A DNA stretch of 64,000 bases from an uncultured archaeon (GTDB lineage: Archaea; Aenigmatarchaeota; Aenigmatarchaeia; QMZP01; QMZT01): positions 97,656 through 161,655 of the forward strand of contig CAZTJN010000001.1 of the NCBI GenBank assembly GCA_964613955.1. Direction: 5' to 3'. This document shows positions 36,604 to 47,201 of the stretch, piece after piece. Under the pieces are notes generated by a model. It was not told the DNA's origin, made no database searches, and saw only the letters and a program-made list of their open reading frames with translations. The stretch's first letter is position 1, and each line of letters begins with the position of its first letter. A program made the translations under genes and the position numbers.

Positions 36604-38238
36604 ATGAGAAATATCTATGCTGAAAAGGCAATATCACAAATCCCAAGACTGTTAAGTCTAGAGGACAGAAACCCTTTGTCCAAAACATACGGGTGTTTTG
36701 ATAGAACATACTGGCTTGACAAAGCCATAGATTTTCCTTCTGCAATATATCAGTTTGCTGTTCACAGTCTGGCTCTGGTTTACACCCATAAATTCCCTAA
36801 AAATATTTACTTCAAAAATGAAAAAATTAAAAATTGGTGCCTTGCTGGTATAGATTTTTGGACCAAAATCCAGAAAAATGATGGATCGTACGATGAATTT
36901 TATCCGAATGAAAGGGGGTGGGCAGGACCCACGGGTTTTCTTTTGTATGCAATGATGGAATCCTACAAATTACTAAAAAGTGAATTCCCAAAGGACTTGA
37001 GGGAAAAATTTTTCAGAGCAGCCAAAAAATCTGCAAAATATTTAATTAAATATGATGAACACGGGATACTCGCAAACCATCATGCAGTAGCCATGCTTGC
37101 TGTATATTCTGCTTACGATATTTTGAAAGAGGACTGGATACTAGAAGGTTACACTAAAAAATTTGAATTTTTCAAAAAATTAAACTATCCAGAAGGTTGG
37201 TCACTGGAATACGATGGAGTTGATATGGGTTATCTCTCCGCCACGGTTAGCTTTTTGGGAAAAATTTACAAAATGAATCCAGATCCGGCAATATTAAACT
37301 TGGCCAAGAAATCTATAGATTTTACCAGCTATTTCGTATACCCGAATAAATTTTATGCTGGAACAATTGGAAGCAGACAAACATCTCATTTTTATCCACA
37401 TGGGTACGAGATATTTAGCAGGCAGATTCCTCTGGCTGGTAAAATCGCTGATAAAATGCTAGAGGGTTTGGAGGAGGGGAGATTAGTTCCTCCAGAGATT
37501 ATGCCTGATAGATACTTAGCTTACAGAGTCCCAGAGTTTTTACTGGCTTATTTAGATTACAAACCTCGGAAGAGCAAAATAACTGATTTACCACACGAAA
37601 GGAAGCCGTTCCAAAAATATTTTACTCAAGCGGGTATCTTTATTAAGAGGGACAAGGATTATTATATGATTGTAAATTTAAATAAAGGAGGTATCATAAA
37701 AGTTTTCGATGTAAGATCAAAAAAACTGGTTCATAATGACTGCGGAATTTTGGGCAGGTTAAAGGGAAGGAAACTTGTGACTTCCCAGTGGGTAGACAAG
37801 GATTATAAAAAAGAAGTAAAAGAAGACAAGGTTATCATTTCTGGTCACCTTCACCAAGTCCCTGAAAAAATGCCCACTCCATTTAAAATGATTCTTTTTA
37901 GGACAGCACTTTTGAGTCTGGGTAGAAATACCAGAATGGCCTATAAGCTGAAGGGTATTATTAGGAAAATGATGATAACCAAGAGCAAAAGGGTTCCCAT
38001 TAAATTTGAAAGAAAGATAAGTTTCAAAGACAAAATAAGTGTGGAGGATAAGATCATAATTCTGAAAAATGATAAATTCGAATCTCTGATGATCGGAGAT
38101 GAATTTTCCGTAAGATATGTCCCACAATCTTTATACTTTCAAAATCAAGAACTTGATGTTAAAGGATTTAATGTCCATAATGATTACTTGAATAATTTGA
38201 ACAAGAAACGAGAAATAATTTTAAACAGAAAGATTTAG
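36604..38238 (+). CDS. Hypothetical soluble protein, possibly alpha/alpha-toroid polysaccharide lyase-like (heparinase II/III / alginate-lyase-like)
   Basis: 544 aa with no signal peptide. 'GWAGPTGFLLYAMMESYKLL' and 'ANHHAVAMLAVYSAY' resemble conserved helices of heparinase II/III-like proteins. Weak, sequence-only similarity. Overlaps the upstream GT2 stop. Confidence 0.3.
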   Translation: MRNIYAEKAISQIPRLLSLEDRNPLSKTYGCFDRTYWLDKAIDFPSAIYQFAVHSLALVYTHKFPKNIYFKNEKIKNWCLAGIDFWTKIQKNDGSYDEFYPNERGWAGPTGFLLYAMMESYKLLKSEFPKDLREKFFRAAKKSAKYLIKYDEHGILANHHAVAMLAVYSAYDILKEDWILEGYTKKFEFFKKLNYPEGWSLEYDGVDMGYLSATVSFLGKIYKMNPDPAILNLAKKSIDFTSYFVYPNKFYAGTIGSRQTSHFYPHGYEIFSRQIPLAGKIADKMLEGLEEGRLVPPEIMPDRYLAYRVPEFLLAYLDYKPRKSKITDLPHERKPFQKYFTQAGIFIKRDKDYYMIVNLNKGGIIKVFDVRSKKLVHNDCGILGRLKGRKLVTSQWVDKDYKKEVKEDKVIISGHLHQVPEKMPTPFKMILFRTALLSLGRNTRMAYKLKGIIRKMMITKSKRVPIKFERKISFKDKISVEDKIIILKNDKFESLMIGDEFSVRYVPQSLYFQNQELDVKGFNVHNDYLNNLNKKREIILNRKI

Positions 38239-39156
38239 TTTATTTTTAAATTTGATGTACTTTTTCATGAATGGTATTCCTATTAAAGCCAGTAACCAAT
38301 ACCTGAAAAAAGAGAATAAAATTCCAACACCCAATAACTCGGCTGGTTTTGCATATTCAGAGAAAAGTAAGATTATTGCAGAATCCCTTGTGCCCATACC
38401 ACCTAATGTTACTGGTATTTGGCCTATGAGTATGGCAATAGGTATATTTGCCATTATAAAAAATAAAGGCACGTCAATACCCAATGCCGAAAATAATAGG
38501 ATCATTTGCACGACTGCTATAAACCAAAAAATGATAGAATAGACCGAGAGAATAAAAAATAAGTTAGGCTTTTTTGGTAAGATTTTTAGAGAAGAAAATA
38601 CATCTCTAATTTTATCATTCCATGATTTTTTGATTGGGAGTTTAATTCTGAAATTTTGAATTAAAAACAAGGAAAATAAAGCAATAAGAATGATAATAAT
38701 TATAATTAATACCTCTGTTATTGGATAAAAAATCAATCCTATCAAAGCAAGCAGTATCAAAAACAAAACATCCAGAATTCTTTCCGTCAAAATACTGCCA
38801 ATTGTTTTGCCAGCAGGGAACTTGCCCTTTAAATAAAGAGTTTTTATCAAATCCCCTGATTTTGATGGCGTTATTGGAAGCAAGGGAAAAGTTGCCATTA
38901 CTACATGAAAACATTCTTTAAAGGGAATCTTACAGCCAATTGATTTTAATATTATTTGCCATCTTCTTGTTTTGATCAAGATAGCAATTAATTCCAAAAC
39001 AACCATAATTGATAATAACCAAATATTAGACCTTGATAAAATACCGACAACTGAGAAAAAATCAATTTGGCTGAAAATTACTAGGAAAATTACTATGGTT
39101 ATTAAAAGGATTAGGAATATTCTTATTTTTTTATTAAGAAATTGGTTAATTGACAT
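38221..39156 (-). CDS. Flippase-like polytopic membrane protein (UPF0104 / LPG_synthase_TM family)
   Basis: 311 aa with about 8 TM helices. 'KTRRWQIILKSIG' and 'IPVTLGGMGTRDSAIILLF' match the family signature (P..gG.G..E). Confidence 0.55.
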   Translation of the reverse strand: MSINQFLNKKIRIFLILLITIVIFLVIFSQIDFFSVVGILSRSNIWLLSIMVVLELIAILIKTRRWQIILKSIGCKIPFKECFHVVMATFPLLPITPSKSGDLIKTLYLKGKFPAGKTIGSILTERILDVLFLILLALIGLIFYPITEVLIIIIIILIALFSLFLIQNFRIKLPIKKSWNDKIRDVFSSLKILPKKPNLFFILSVYSIIFWFIAVVQMILLFSALGIDVPLFFIMANIPIAILIGQIPVTLGGMGTRDSAIILLFSEYAKPAELLGVGILFSFFRYWLLALIGIPFMKKYIKFKNKLNLSV

Positions 39157-39192
39157 GTTTCTATTTTAAATATCTTAAATAAAAGTTTTGAT

Positions 39193-40836
39193 TTAGACAA
39201 TCTCCAGCGTTGCGTTATAAACCTCTATAGACCCTTCTCTGAAAAGAAATTTTAGATTGAAAGTATTCTCTATGTACGCATAATCTCCACTGTATACATC
39301 TTCAAGATTTTCGTCCCTTAGAAATACTATACAGGCATCTTTGCCTATTTTGTCTATATCAAAATATTCTTCGAAACGGTAAATTTGAATTGAAATTCTG
39401 TGATTATTTTTTATCACATCGCTTCTTGCTGTGAATAAAAGAGGTGATATGATTGTACAGTTGTCCGGTGTTCTTTTTAGAGCTGCAACGAATTCTTCAA
39501 GACCTAAGAATCTAGAATCCTTGAATAGGGTGGTGGGCATATGCAAACCCGAAGTTACAAATACCATAATCAAAATTGCCAGTATGAAAAGGTTTTTATC
39601 AACCCTCAGGGATTTTCTTATCTTGAACAAAGCAAATGATGCAAGAATTACATAAGGTAGTTGAAATTGCAGACTGTTTCTTAAGTAGGCAGAACAAAGT
39701 TCCATATCAAATTCACAGTAGTAAATGAAAGAAAAAAGAAGAAAATAAACTAAAAACCAAGCAATGATAAACAATTTCTCCTTTCTGAAATCAGATTTTA
39801 TTAACAGGATGATACCAATTAAAAATAATATAGTGACAACAGGATTGTACAATATTGCATTCATTTCAATAATTTCAGGAGGATATTGGTTGAAGAGCAC
39901 AGCACCATTTTTCAAAATACCGGAAGGTATGTAAGAAACGAAATATCTAATTTCATTCCCCCAAAAGGGTTCTATTTCCCTAAGACCAATTGGCTTGTAA
40001 ATGATCAGAGACTGAACAAATAGCTGCAGTAATACGAATATAACGATTATGGAAAACAACTTTCCAAGTGAAGTATAGATATTTTTTATTTTTTTATCTT
40101 TGAAGAAATTAAAGATAAAGAGACCAAGGATGAATACTATCAACATAATAAGGTTTTCCTGTCTAATATAGACTGAATACGAGAAGAGTATAACAAATAG
40201 TATCCAACTTTTGAGTTTATTTGTTTTTAGGGAAATGAGGTAGGCAAGAACAGCAAGGGCGATGAAAAAAACCGACACAGACCTCGCATTGGGTATACTT
40301 GCATGAAATATACTGAGCGGAACCATTGCGTACAATATAGCCGAATAAAGACCAATTTCCTCTCTTTTTGTCAGAAGATAAGATATCAGAAATACCAAAA
40401 TTATTGTAAGACTGCTGCACAAATCTGATATATAATTTGCGTACAAGGTATTAAATCCAAAAATCGAATACGACAACATTATAAGGAACGGGTATCCAGG
40501 AGGAGCGTTCGTTGGTTCATAATCGAAACATTCTTCATAACTGCCAAAATTACAATGGCTGTACATGCGTCCCGTTTTTTGTAACCATAGAGCATATTCT
40601 TCAAATGGGTAACCACCATGATAATAAGCTACGTAACTGGAATGAAAGCTTTCACTCCTTAAAGAAAAACCAAATAAAAAAATCACCAGAAGAAAGGCCC
40701 ATACTTTTTTATCAATTTTATGAAATTGATTTTTGATGTCTTTTAAGTTCAAAAATAAGAATATGATAAGAATGAGAAAATGTATCGATAATATGGGAAT
40801 CAAGTATGGTTCCAAAAAATGGTAAATTTGTTCCAT
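39193..40836 (-). CDS. GT-C fold membrane glycosyltransferase, PMT/ArnT-like, paralog group A
   Basis: 547 aa. 'HKIDKKVWAFLLVIFLFGFSLR', 'KREEIGLYSAILYAMVPLSIF', and C-terminal 'GSIEVYNATLEIV'. Confidence 0.6.
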   Translation of the reverse strand: MEQIYHFLEPYLIPILSIHFLILIIFLFLNLKDIKNQFHKIDKKVWAFLLVIFLFGFSLRSESFHSSYVAYYHGGYPFEEYALWLQKTGRMYSHCNFGSYEECFDYEPTNAPPGYPFLIMLSYSIFGFNTLYANYISDLCSSLTIILVFLISYLLTKREEIGLYSAILYAMVPLSIFHASIPNARSVSVFFIALAVLAYLISLKTNKLKSWILFVILFSYSVYIRQENLIMLIVFILGLFIFNFFKDKKIKNIYTSLGKLFSIIVIFVLLQLFVQSLIIYKPIGLREIEPFWGNEIRYFVSYIPSGILKNGAVLFNQYPPEIIEMNAILYNPVVTILFLIGIILLIKSDFRKEKLFIIAWFLVYFLLFSFIYYCEFDMELCSAYLRNSLQFQLPYVILASFALFKIRKSLRVDKNLFILAILIMVFVTSGLHMPTTLFKDSRFLGLEEFVAALKRTPDNCTIISPLLFTARSDVIKNNHRISIQIYRFEEYFDIDKIGKDACIVFLRDENLEDVYSGDYAYIENTFNLKFLFREGSIEVYNATLEIV

Positions 40837-40888
40837 GAATATTTTATTTCTAAGCGTTTTTTAAAAGTTTAGATTCATAAAAATAGTT

Positions 40889-42271
40889 ATGAAAATACTG
40901 CTGGCCTACCCTAAGATGAAATACGTAACCGGAGACCCCCCTCTGGGGATAGCGTATCTGGCCTCATACATAATAGAGAGGGGGTATGAAGTCAAAATCC
41001 TAGACACCACATTCAATCATTCTTGGAACTTCGTGGAGAAGACAATAAGGAAAGAAAAACCTGACATACTTGGTATTTATTCTGCAACCACCATGATCAA
41101 GGACGCTCTGAAGACGGCAGATATAGGGAAGGCGGGTGGTGTCCCACTGGTTGTTCTGGGAGGTCCACACCCTTCGATGCGCCCGGAAGAGACCTTAAAT
41201 CACAAAAGTGTGGATGCGGTGGTTGTCGGAGAGGGGGAATATTCATTTCATAAAATTGTGCAAACTTTCGAGGAAACTGGAGATACGAGAAAGTTCTCGA
41301 AAATACCGAATGTCTACTTCAAGTTAAACGGGAAAATCAAAAGGAACAAAGAGAGGTATTTTATAAAAAATTTGGACACCATTCCCTTTCCGGCTAGGGA
41401 ACTTCTTGATATGGGAAACTACATAAAACACTGGTTCCAGATGGATGTTGTTTCTCCAGGATTGAAAGGAACGGCCATATTCACTTCACGCTCCTGTCCT
41501 TATAACTGCACATTCTGCCAGCCAACAGTGAACAGGATGTTCGGGAACATCATAAGGAGAAGAAGTCCGGAGAATATCATAGAAGAGCTCAAGCACCTGA
41601 AGAAGAAATACAAAATCAATGCATTCCAAATATATGACGACATTTTCTTGATTGACAGCAACTACATTGAAAGTTTTTGTAACAAATTAATGGAAGAAGA
41701 TTTGGGTTTGTTGTGGACATGTCACGGAAGGGTGAACATCTTATTTGAAGAAAAACTGGTTAAAAAGATGCATGCCGCCGGTTTGAGGTCGGTAGGCATT
41801 GGTATAGAGTCAGGTTCTCAGAGAATAGTTGATATGTACAAGAAGGGAATAAATTTAAACCAGGTCAAAAAGGCAATCAAATCTTTCAGAAAACACGGAA
41901 TTAAGATAAGGGGATTCTTCATTATGGGTGCGCCCACAGAAACGGTAAAAGAAATGAAAAAAACCATACATTTTGCTGTAAATTCAAGGATAGATGAGGG
42001 CGTTTTTTCGATTTTGTGCCCATTCCCTGGAACGTATATTTACGAGATGGCGAAGGAAAGGGGATGGGAAATAAGTGAGGAATGGGATCCCGATTTTTAC
42101 TATTCCAGGTCCGGATTCAAGTCCGGAACGCTTCCTGAAAAACTCATCAAGAGATACCAGCAGCTTGCGATGCTCCTTTTCTACTTTCATCCATTCAGGG
42201 CAAGGTATCTGTTAAATTCCCTGTTTAATCCAAGGAGGAGTTTGGCAAAAATAAAAACATACTTCATTTAA
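40889..42271 (+). CDS. B12-binding domain radical SAM protein (class B)
   Basis: 'MKILLAYPKMKY...LGIAYLASYIIERGYEVKILD...DILGIYS', then 'TSRSCPYNCTFCQP'. 460 aa. Confidence 0.85.
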   Translation: MKILLAYPKMKYVTGDPPLGIAYLASYIIERGYEVKILDTTFNHSWNFVEKTIRKEKPDILGIYSATTMIKDALKTADIGKAGGVPLVVLGGPHPSMRPEETLNHKSVDAVVVGEGEYSFHKIVQTFEETGDTRKFSKIPNVYFKLNGKIKRNKERYFIKNLDTIPFPARELLDMGNYIKHWFQMDVVSPGLKGTAIFTSRSCPYNCTFCQPTVNRMFGNIIRRRSPENIIEELKHLKKKYKINAFQIYDDIFLIDSNYIESFCNKLMEEDLGLLWTCHGRVNILFEEKLVKKMHAAGLRSVGIGIESGSQRIVDMYKKGINLNQVKKAIKSFRKHGIKIRGFFIMGAPTETVKEMKKTIHFAVNSRIDEGVFSILCPFPGTYIYEMAKERGWEISEEWDPDFYYSRSGFKSGTLPEKLIKRYQQLAMLLFYFHPFRARYLLNSLFNPRRSLAKIKTYFI

Positions 42272-42287
42272 ATGTGTTTTTTAAATA

Positions 42288-43976
42288 ATGAATATGCCCC
42301 CCCTGCTTTCATCAAGAAACAAAGAAATATTATTAATACTGCTCCTTTTTCTGATAAGTTTCTCAATAAATCTCTACAACTGGGACTCCCTTTCTCTCTT
42401 TGAGGGGAGAGCGGATATACATATGGCAAAGATATTTTCTTTTGAAAATTTTGAGATGGCAGGAGGGTACACGGGAACGATATTTTTTCTTTTGCTCATG
42501 AGAGCAGTCCTTGGTCTCAATTTGTTTTCAGTCAGGCTGGCTTCTGCCATTTCCATAGCCTCTATTGTTGTTCTAATTTACCTGTTTACAAAGGATTATT
42601 TAGGCAGGAGAACAGCGCTATTAACGTCTGTAATGCTCATTACCGCCCCGGTTTTCATTACCATGTGTATCAGCGAAGTTCCTTACCTTGCGTTTTTCCC
42701 TGCTCTGCTATCCTTTCTCTTCTACAGATACTACAGAACAAGAGATATTCGATACCTATATATCTACGCATTGGTAGGTGGATACAGCCTTTATCACAAA
42801 TTAATAAATCTGTATTTTCTAATCAGTTTAATCGTTTCTTTCATTCTAGTCAAATGGATGTTCAAAATAAAAAGCAATTTTAATTTAAACAAAAAGTCGA
42901 TCTTAATTCTAGTTTTCTTCTTCATTATAGGTTTGTCGCCTCTTATAATTCATAATATACGTTATGACTTTCCGTTGCTATCAAAAATAGACGGGTTGAT
43001 ATTTTCTGAAGAACACGAGGGTTTATCGATAATCAGCAAAATAAACAAAAAAATATTACAGTTTGCGAGAATTGAATATAGTTTAGGTCTTCCAATTTCA
43101 GAGGATATCGTATTCCTAGAGCCTCACAGTCCAATTCTCCCCTTCCCCAGATTCTACCATTTCAACCTGTCCATATTTTTAATGTCCTTAATTCTTTTTG
43201 TCATTTCAAGAGATCCAAAAAAGATATTCCTACTCTTATTGATTTTCTTCTTCTCCTGCTTAACAATTTTAAGCCCCACAGACCCGATAATTGCTCATTA
43301 CTTGCCTGTACAGCCGTTCTTCTTTATAGTAATGGCCTCCGGTCTTGTTATGATTTACAAATCGAATATCAAAATTTTCAAAATAAAAAACTTAAACAAA
43401 GTTTTATTTTTCATGTTAATCGGACTCTTCATCTTTCTTAACTTCTCCAATGTTCTCACGTTTTTAGCCTTGAGTAAGGACCAGGTATTCGTAGAGGAAA
43501 CTTTACCAGAATTTGCTATTATACATCACAACTTGGTAGAGAGTTTGGAGGAAGCAGATGTGATTGTGGTGCCTTCATATAGCTCATTTGGTGATTATAT
43601 ACCTCAATATTATCCAGAGAAGAAAACAACAAATTTTTGTGATGCATTCTACGATGAAAAAAATGACGTATGTTCATTCGTTTCATGTAGTGCTGATGAT
43701 TTATTTTTTCTCAAAAACAAAGGGGTGAAATACGTTCTTCCCTATTTGTCTGAAAATCTAACAGCCTATAATTTAACAGGTTATGGGCTCATAAAAGGAC
43801 CAATTAGGAACTGCAAGATCGCCTTCGGACCTTATGGTAACTTCAACAATACGAACTATCCTTTGGAATTCCTTCTGAGCGAGGCAGCAAAAAAGAAAAA
43901 GACCTTAAGACTGGAAAAGGATTTTGTAAATGCCCATGGAGAAGTCGTTTACAAGATCTATTCGATTGAAAATTGA
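42288..43976 (+). CDS. GT-C fold membrane glycosyltransferase, PMT/ArnT-like, paralog group B
   Basis: 562 aa, polytopic. C-terminal '...GEVVYKIYSIEN'. Lies 17 bp downstream of the B12-rSAM gene. Confidence 0.55.
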   Translation: MNMPPLLSSRNKEILLILLLFLISFSINLYNWDSLSLFEGRADIHMAKIFSFENFEMAGGYTGTIFFLLLMRAVLGLNLFSVRLASAISIASIVVLIYLFTKDYLGRRTALLTSVMLITAPVFITMCISEVPYLAFFPALLSFLFYRYYRTRDIRYLYIYALVGGYSLYHKLINLYFLISLIVSFILVKWMFKIKSNFNLNKKSILILVFFFIIGLSPLIIHNIRYDFPLLSKIDGLIFSEEHEGLSIISKINKKILQFARIEYSLGLPISEDIVFLEPHSPILPFPRFYHFNLSIFLMSLILFVISRDPKKIFLLLLIFFFSCLTILSPTDPIIAHYLPVQPFFFIVMASGLVMIYKSNIKIFKIKNLNKVLFFMLIGLFIFLNFSNVLTFLALSKDQVFVEETLPEFAIIHHNLVESLEEADVIVVPSYSSFGDYIPQYYPEKKTTNFCDAFYDEKNDVCSFVSCSADDLFFLKNKGVKYVLPYLSENLTAYNLTGYGLIKGPIRNCKIAFGPYGNFNNTNYPLEFLLSEAAKKKKTLRLEKDFVNAHGEVVYKIYSIEN

Positions 43977-44010
43977 ATGCTTATAAAAAATTCTATTACA
44001 AAAATTCTAT

Positions 44011-45777
44011 ATGGATATTTTTACCCTTTACACTGAAAATTTGATCCCTCTGCTCTGTATACAAGTCGTAGTTTTCCTGTTGTTATTCTTTCTGAACATG
44101 GAAACCTTCAAAAGAGAATTCAGGAATGTGGATAAGAGGTACCTCATATTTTTGGCGGCTCTTGTCTTCATGATGCTGGCTTTGTATTCAAACACCACAG
44201 GATACGAGGGTGATTGGAAGTTTTGGCCAATGTCTGTAGCCAAGGACTTCTCCATGGGCAAAACCAATCTGTACTTCATGGACCCGTCAACTGTCAAGGG
44301 AAGAGTGGAGGGAAGGGACCCGTACCCTTGGGGACCGCTGACACCATTCCTACTTGGCATATTTTATTCGATATTAGGCATAAGTTCAGGAACAGTCTAC
44401 CTGTTTTACGGAACTGTACTCGCATTAAGCATGATTTCATTTTTCTTTTTGGGGTATATTTTGTTCAGGGACGGGAAGGTTTCAATACTTCTGGTATCTC
44501 TCTTTTGCATGGTTTTTCATGAAAGTTTTTTGGGAGGAAGTCTGGCGGAGTTTGACCTCGTCTTGCATTTATTTGTTTCCATGAGCCTGCTTTTTTCGTT
44601 AATGGCGTACAAAACGAACAAACATGTAATGTATATGCTCTCTCTTGTTTCCATTCTGCTTGCGGCGGAGATAAGATTTGAAGTCCTCGTTTTGTTCCCC
44701 GTATTCATCACGGGCATGCTCCTCTACAGAGTAAAGGACATGAAGAGGGTAAAGGAATTCTGGCTAAAAGGAATCGCTCCTGCAATGCTACTGTTCTTTG
44801 TCTTCCTGCCTGTCATTCTCACTCACGGATTTTCACATCATTTCTGGTCGCACAATGAAAGGGTATTTGGTCAATTCTGGGGCAATTCAATCTTCCCATC
44901 CATACCCGAGGGCGCAGGTATAACTATGGACGGCTTCCTTTACTTCTGGACTCATAACTTATTTTTATTCTTGACACCGTTGATGCTGATAGGGTTATTT
45001 GTTTCCTTAAAAAATAAGAAATACAGAAAGGTTGCTGTCTTGCTGTTGTTGCTTTTTCTGTTGCACAACTATGTATTTTTCAAATGGGATAACGGATACG
45101 AGGAGAAGTACGCATTCGCCTCAGCAGTTCCGTACATTTTACTTGCAGGATTGGGCATTAACGGTATCGTTAATTTTAAAGAAAAGCCCAAGTTTATAAA
45201 GGTAGGCACTATCTTGATTGGTATCTACCTTGTGTGTGTCTGGGGAGTTTTGTTTTCAGGTTTTCTTTATGACAAGAAAACTTCGGACCCCCTTGATACA
45301 AGCGACTTCGAGGAAGATGTTAAATCAATCCAAAATTATATAACAGGGGAAAAGCCAAACATACTGATGATGTCCACCGAGAGTACCAATCATAAATTCG
45401 AATTTCTTACTTTGTACAGCACCCTGGACTTCTTCAAGTATATATCAGATAATTTCTTGATTAGGAACTATCTTGGTGGCGAAAATGAATTTGGTATCAA
45501 CTTCCAAAGGGGGGGATTTTATTTTAATTCAACCTTGGAAGAAGTTCAAAGCAGGGTTTCTGAACTGTCAATGAATTTTACAGTCGAACGCATCATGAAC
45601 AATAAAACTATCCAAGAAATTATAAAGGATACTCTACTCACCAATAACACGTACGCAGTTTACGATAAATGCGGTTGTTGTGAATCGGAAATCACTCACA
45701 AAATCCTGACTAATGTTTTTAATACCGAGATTTTGTATGAAGGTGAATGCCTGAGACTTTATCATGTAGGTGGTTAA
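44011..45777 (+). CDS. GT-C fold membrane glycosyltransferase, PMT/ArnT-like, paralog group A
   Basis: 588 aa. 'FRNVDKRYLIFLAALVFMMLALY'. C-terminal '...ECLRLYHVGG'. Confidence 0.6.
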   Translation: MDIFTLYTENLIPLLCIQVVVFLLLFFLNMETFKREFRNVDKRYLIFLAALVFMMLALYSNTTGYEGDWKFWPMSVAKDFSMGKTNLYFMDPSTVKGRVEGRDPYPWGPLTPFLLGIFYSILGISSGTVYLFYGTVLALSMISFFFLGYILFRDGKVSILLVSLFCMVFHESFLGGSLAEFDLVLHLFVSMSLLFSLMAYKTNKHVMYMLSLVSILLAAEIRFEVLVLFPVFITGMLLYRVKDMKRVKEFWLKGIAPAMLLFFVFLPVILTHGFSHHFWSHNERVFGQFWGNSIFPSIPEGAGITMDGFLYFWTHNLFLFLTPLMLIGLFVSLKNKKYRKVAVLLLLLFLLHNYVFFKWDNGYEEKYAFASAVPYILLAGLGINGIVNFKEKPKFIKVGTILIGIYLVCVWGVLFSGFLYDKKTSDPLDTSDFEEDVKSIQNYITGEKPNILMMSTESTNHKFEFLTLYSTLDFFKYISDNFLIRNYLGGENEFGINFQRGGFYFNSTLEEVQSRVSELSMNFTVERIMNNKTIQEIIKDTLLTNNTYAVYDKCGCCESEITHKILTNVFNTEILYEGECLRLYHVGG

Positions 45778-47201
45778 CTTCTAGTTTTCTGAATTTCAAA
45801 AAGAAACCTTGTTGTCTTCCTCACGAGTTCCATTTCATTCATTACTCCTATTCGTAGCAGATTCTTCCAGTGTCTCAAGATAAAAGAAGGGCGTGCGTAG
45901 TATTTCCAGTAGAACTCTTTCTGTGCTCTCATCAGTCTTCCAGAGGGGACATTGCTGAAGTTGTGGATAAGTGTATCATAATGTGAAAACCTGCTAAAAA
46001 GGAATTTTTTCCTAAACTTTTCAAATATTGGCGAACCAGGATAGGGCGTAAAAAAAGCGACCTGTATGAGGTCAGAATCAATTTCCAAGGCGAGCTTGAA
46101 CGTTTTCTCTATCTCTTCCATGGTTTCTGTGGGACACCCTATCATAAAGAAGCAAACGGTAAACATATCCTCTTTATTTATCATGGAGGACGATTTTTTT
46201 ATCTCTCTCACCGTTATGCCCTTTCTCAATATATTCAGAATTCTGTCAGAACCGGATTCCACACCAAAACAGAGCGTTTCGCACCCGGAACTCTTCATCT
46301 CTTTTAACATCTCCCTGTTTATGTGGTTCAGTTTTATCTGTGCCGCCCATCTGACGTTAAGCTTACGTCTCTTCATCTCTTTGCATAGTGCAAGAACCCA
46401 TTTCTGATCGAAAGAAAAATTATCATCAAGGAAGAATATAGACTTAACCCCGAACCTATTTGTAATATATTCCATTTCATCAACTACATTTCTAGGGGTT
46501 CTTTTCCTAAACTTCTTCCCGTATGATACCCTGAGGGTCGGTGAACAAAATATACATTTGTATGGACACCCCCTGGTAGCTATGATGAAACCCCACTTAG
46601 TTTTTTTCGAAGCTGAGGGATAATAAATTCTGTAAAGTCCATTGGAGAACCATTCGTGTTTTGGGTAGGGAAGCGAATCCAGATCTTCTATTAACCTCTG
46701 TGGTTTTGTCTTAACAAACGAATTTCTCTCAGAATCAAAAAATGCGATTCCTCTTATCTTTCTGAAATTTTTTTTATTTCTCGACAAAGAGTTACACACA
46801 TCCAGAATAGTTTTTTCGGCTTCACCTATCATACAAATGTCAACTGGGGAATTTTTAAAAACCAATGTGTCTGGCAAGGCACTGGCATGCTGGCCCATGA
46901 AAATTATTTTCGAAGCATATTTTTCCTTGAAATACCTTGCCAATTTCATTGCGACCTCATATGCTGCGGTAGTCAAATGTATGACAACTATGCTTGGTCT
47001 GACTTTCCAGTTGAGAATCGTCCCATAAAAGTTTTTTTTGAAGATAGAATCAATTATGTGCACATTATAACCGTTCTTTTCCAAAACAGCTGCGCAGTAA
47101 CCAATATCCAGAGGGGGCTGAATGTTTATTGGGTGCTCCTTCTTAAAAACCAGATTGCTTGACAAACGAATGAACAAGATATTTTTCAATTTATCACCCA
47201 A
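45774..47201 (-). CDS. B12-binding domain radical SAM protein (class B)
   Basis: 'ATRGCPYKCIFCSPT' with an N-terminal B12-binding-like region. 475 aa. Convergent with ORF 44011 and overlaps it by 4 bp. Confidence 0.85.
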   Translation of the reverse strand: MGDKLKNILFIRLSSNLVFKKEHPINIQPPLDIGYCAAVLEKNGYNVHIIDSIFKKNFYGTILNWKVRPSIVVIHLTTAAYEVAMKLARYFKEKYASKIIFMGQHASALPDTLVFKNSPVDICMIGEAEKTILDVCNSLSRNKKNFRKIRGIAFFDSERNSFVKTKPQRLIEDLDSLPYPKHEWFSNGLYRIYYPSASKKTKWGFIIATRGCPYKCIFCSPTLRVSYGKKFRKRTPRNVVDEMEYITNRFGVKSIFFLDDNFSFDQKWVLALCKEMKRRKLNVRWAAQIKLNHINREMLKEMKSSGCETLCFGVESGSDRILNILRKGITVREIKKSSSMINKEDMFTVCFFMIGCPTETMEEIEKTFKLALEIDSDLIQVAFFTPYPGSPIFEKFRKKFLFSRFSHYDTLIHNFSNVPSGRLMRAQKEFYWKYYARPSFILRHWKNLLRIGVMNEMELVRKTTRFLFEIQKTRS

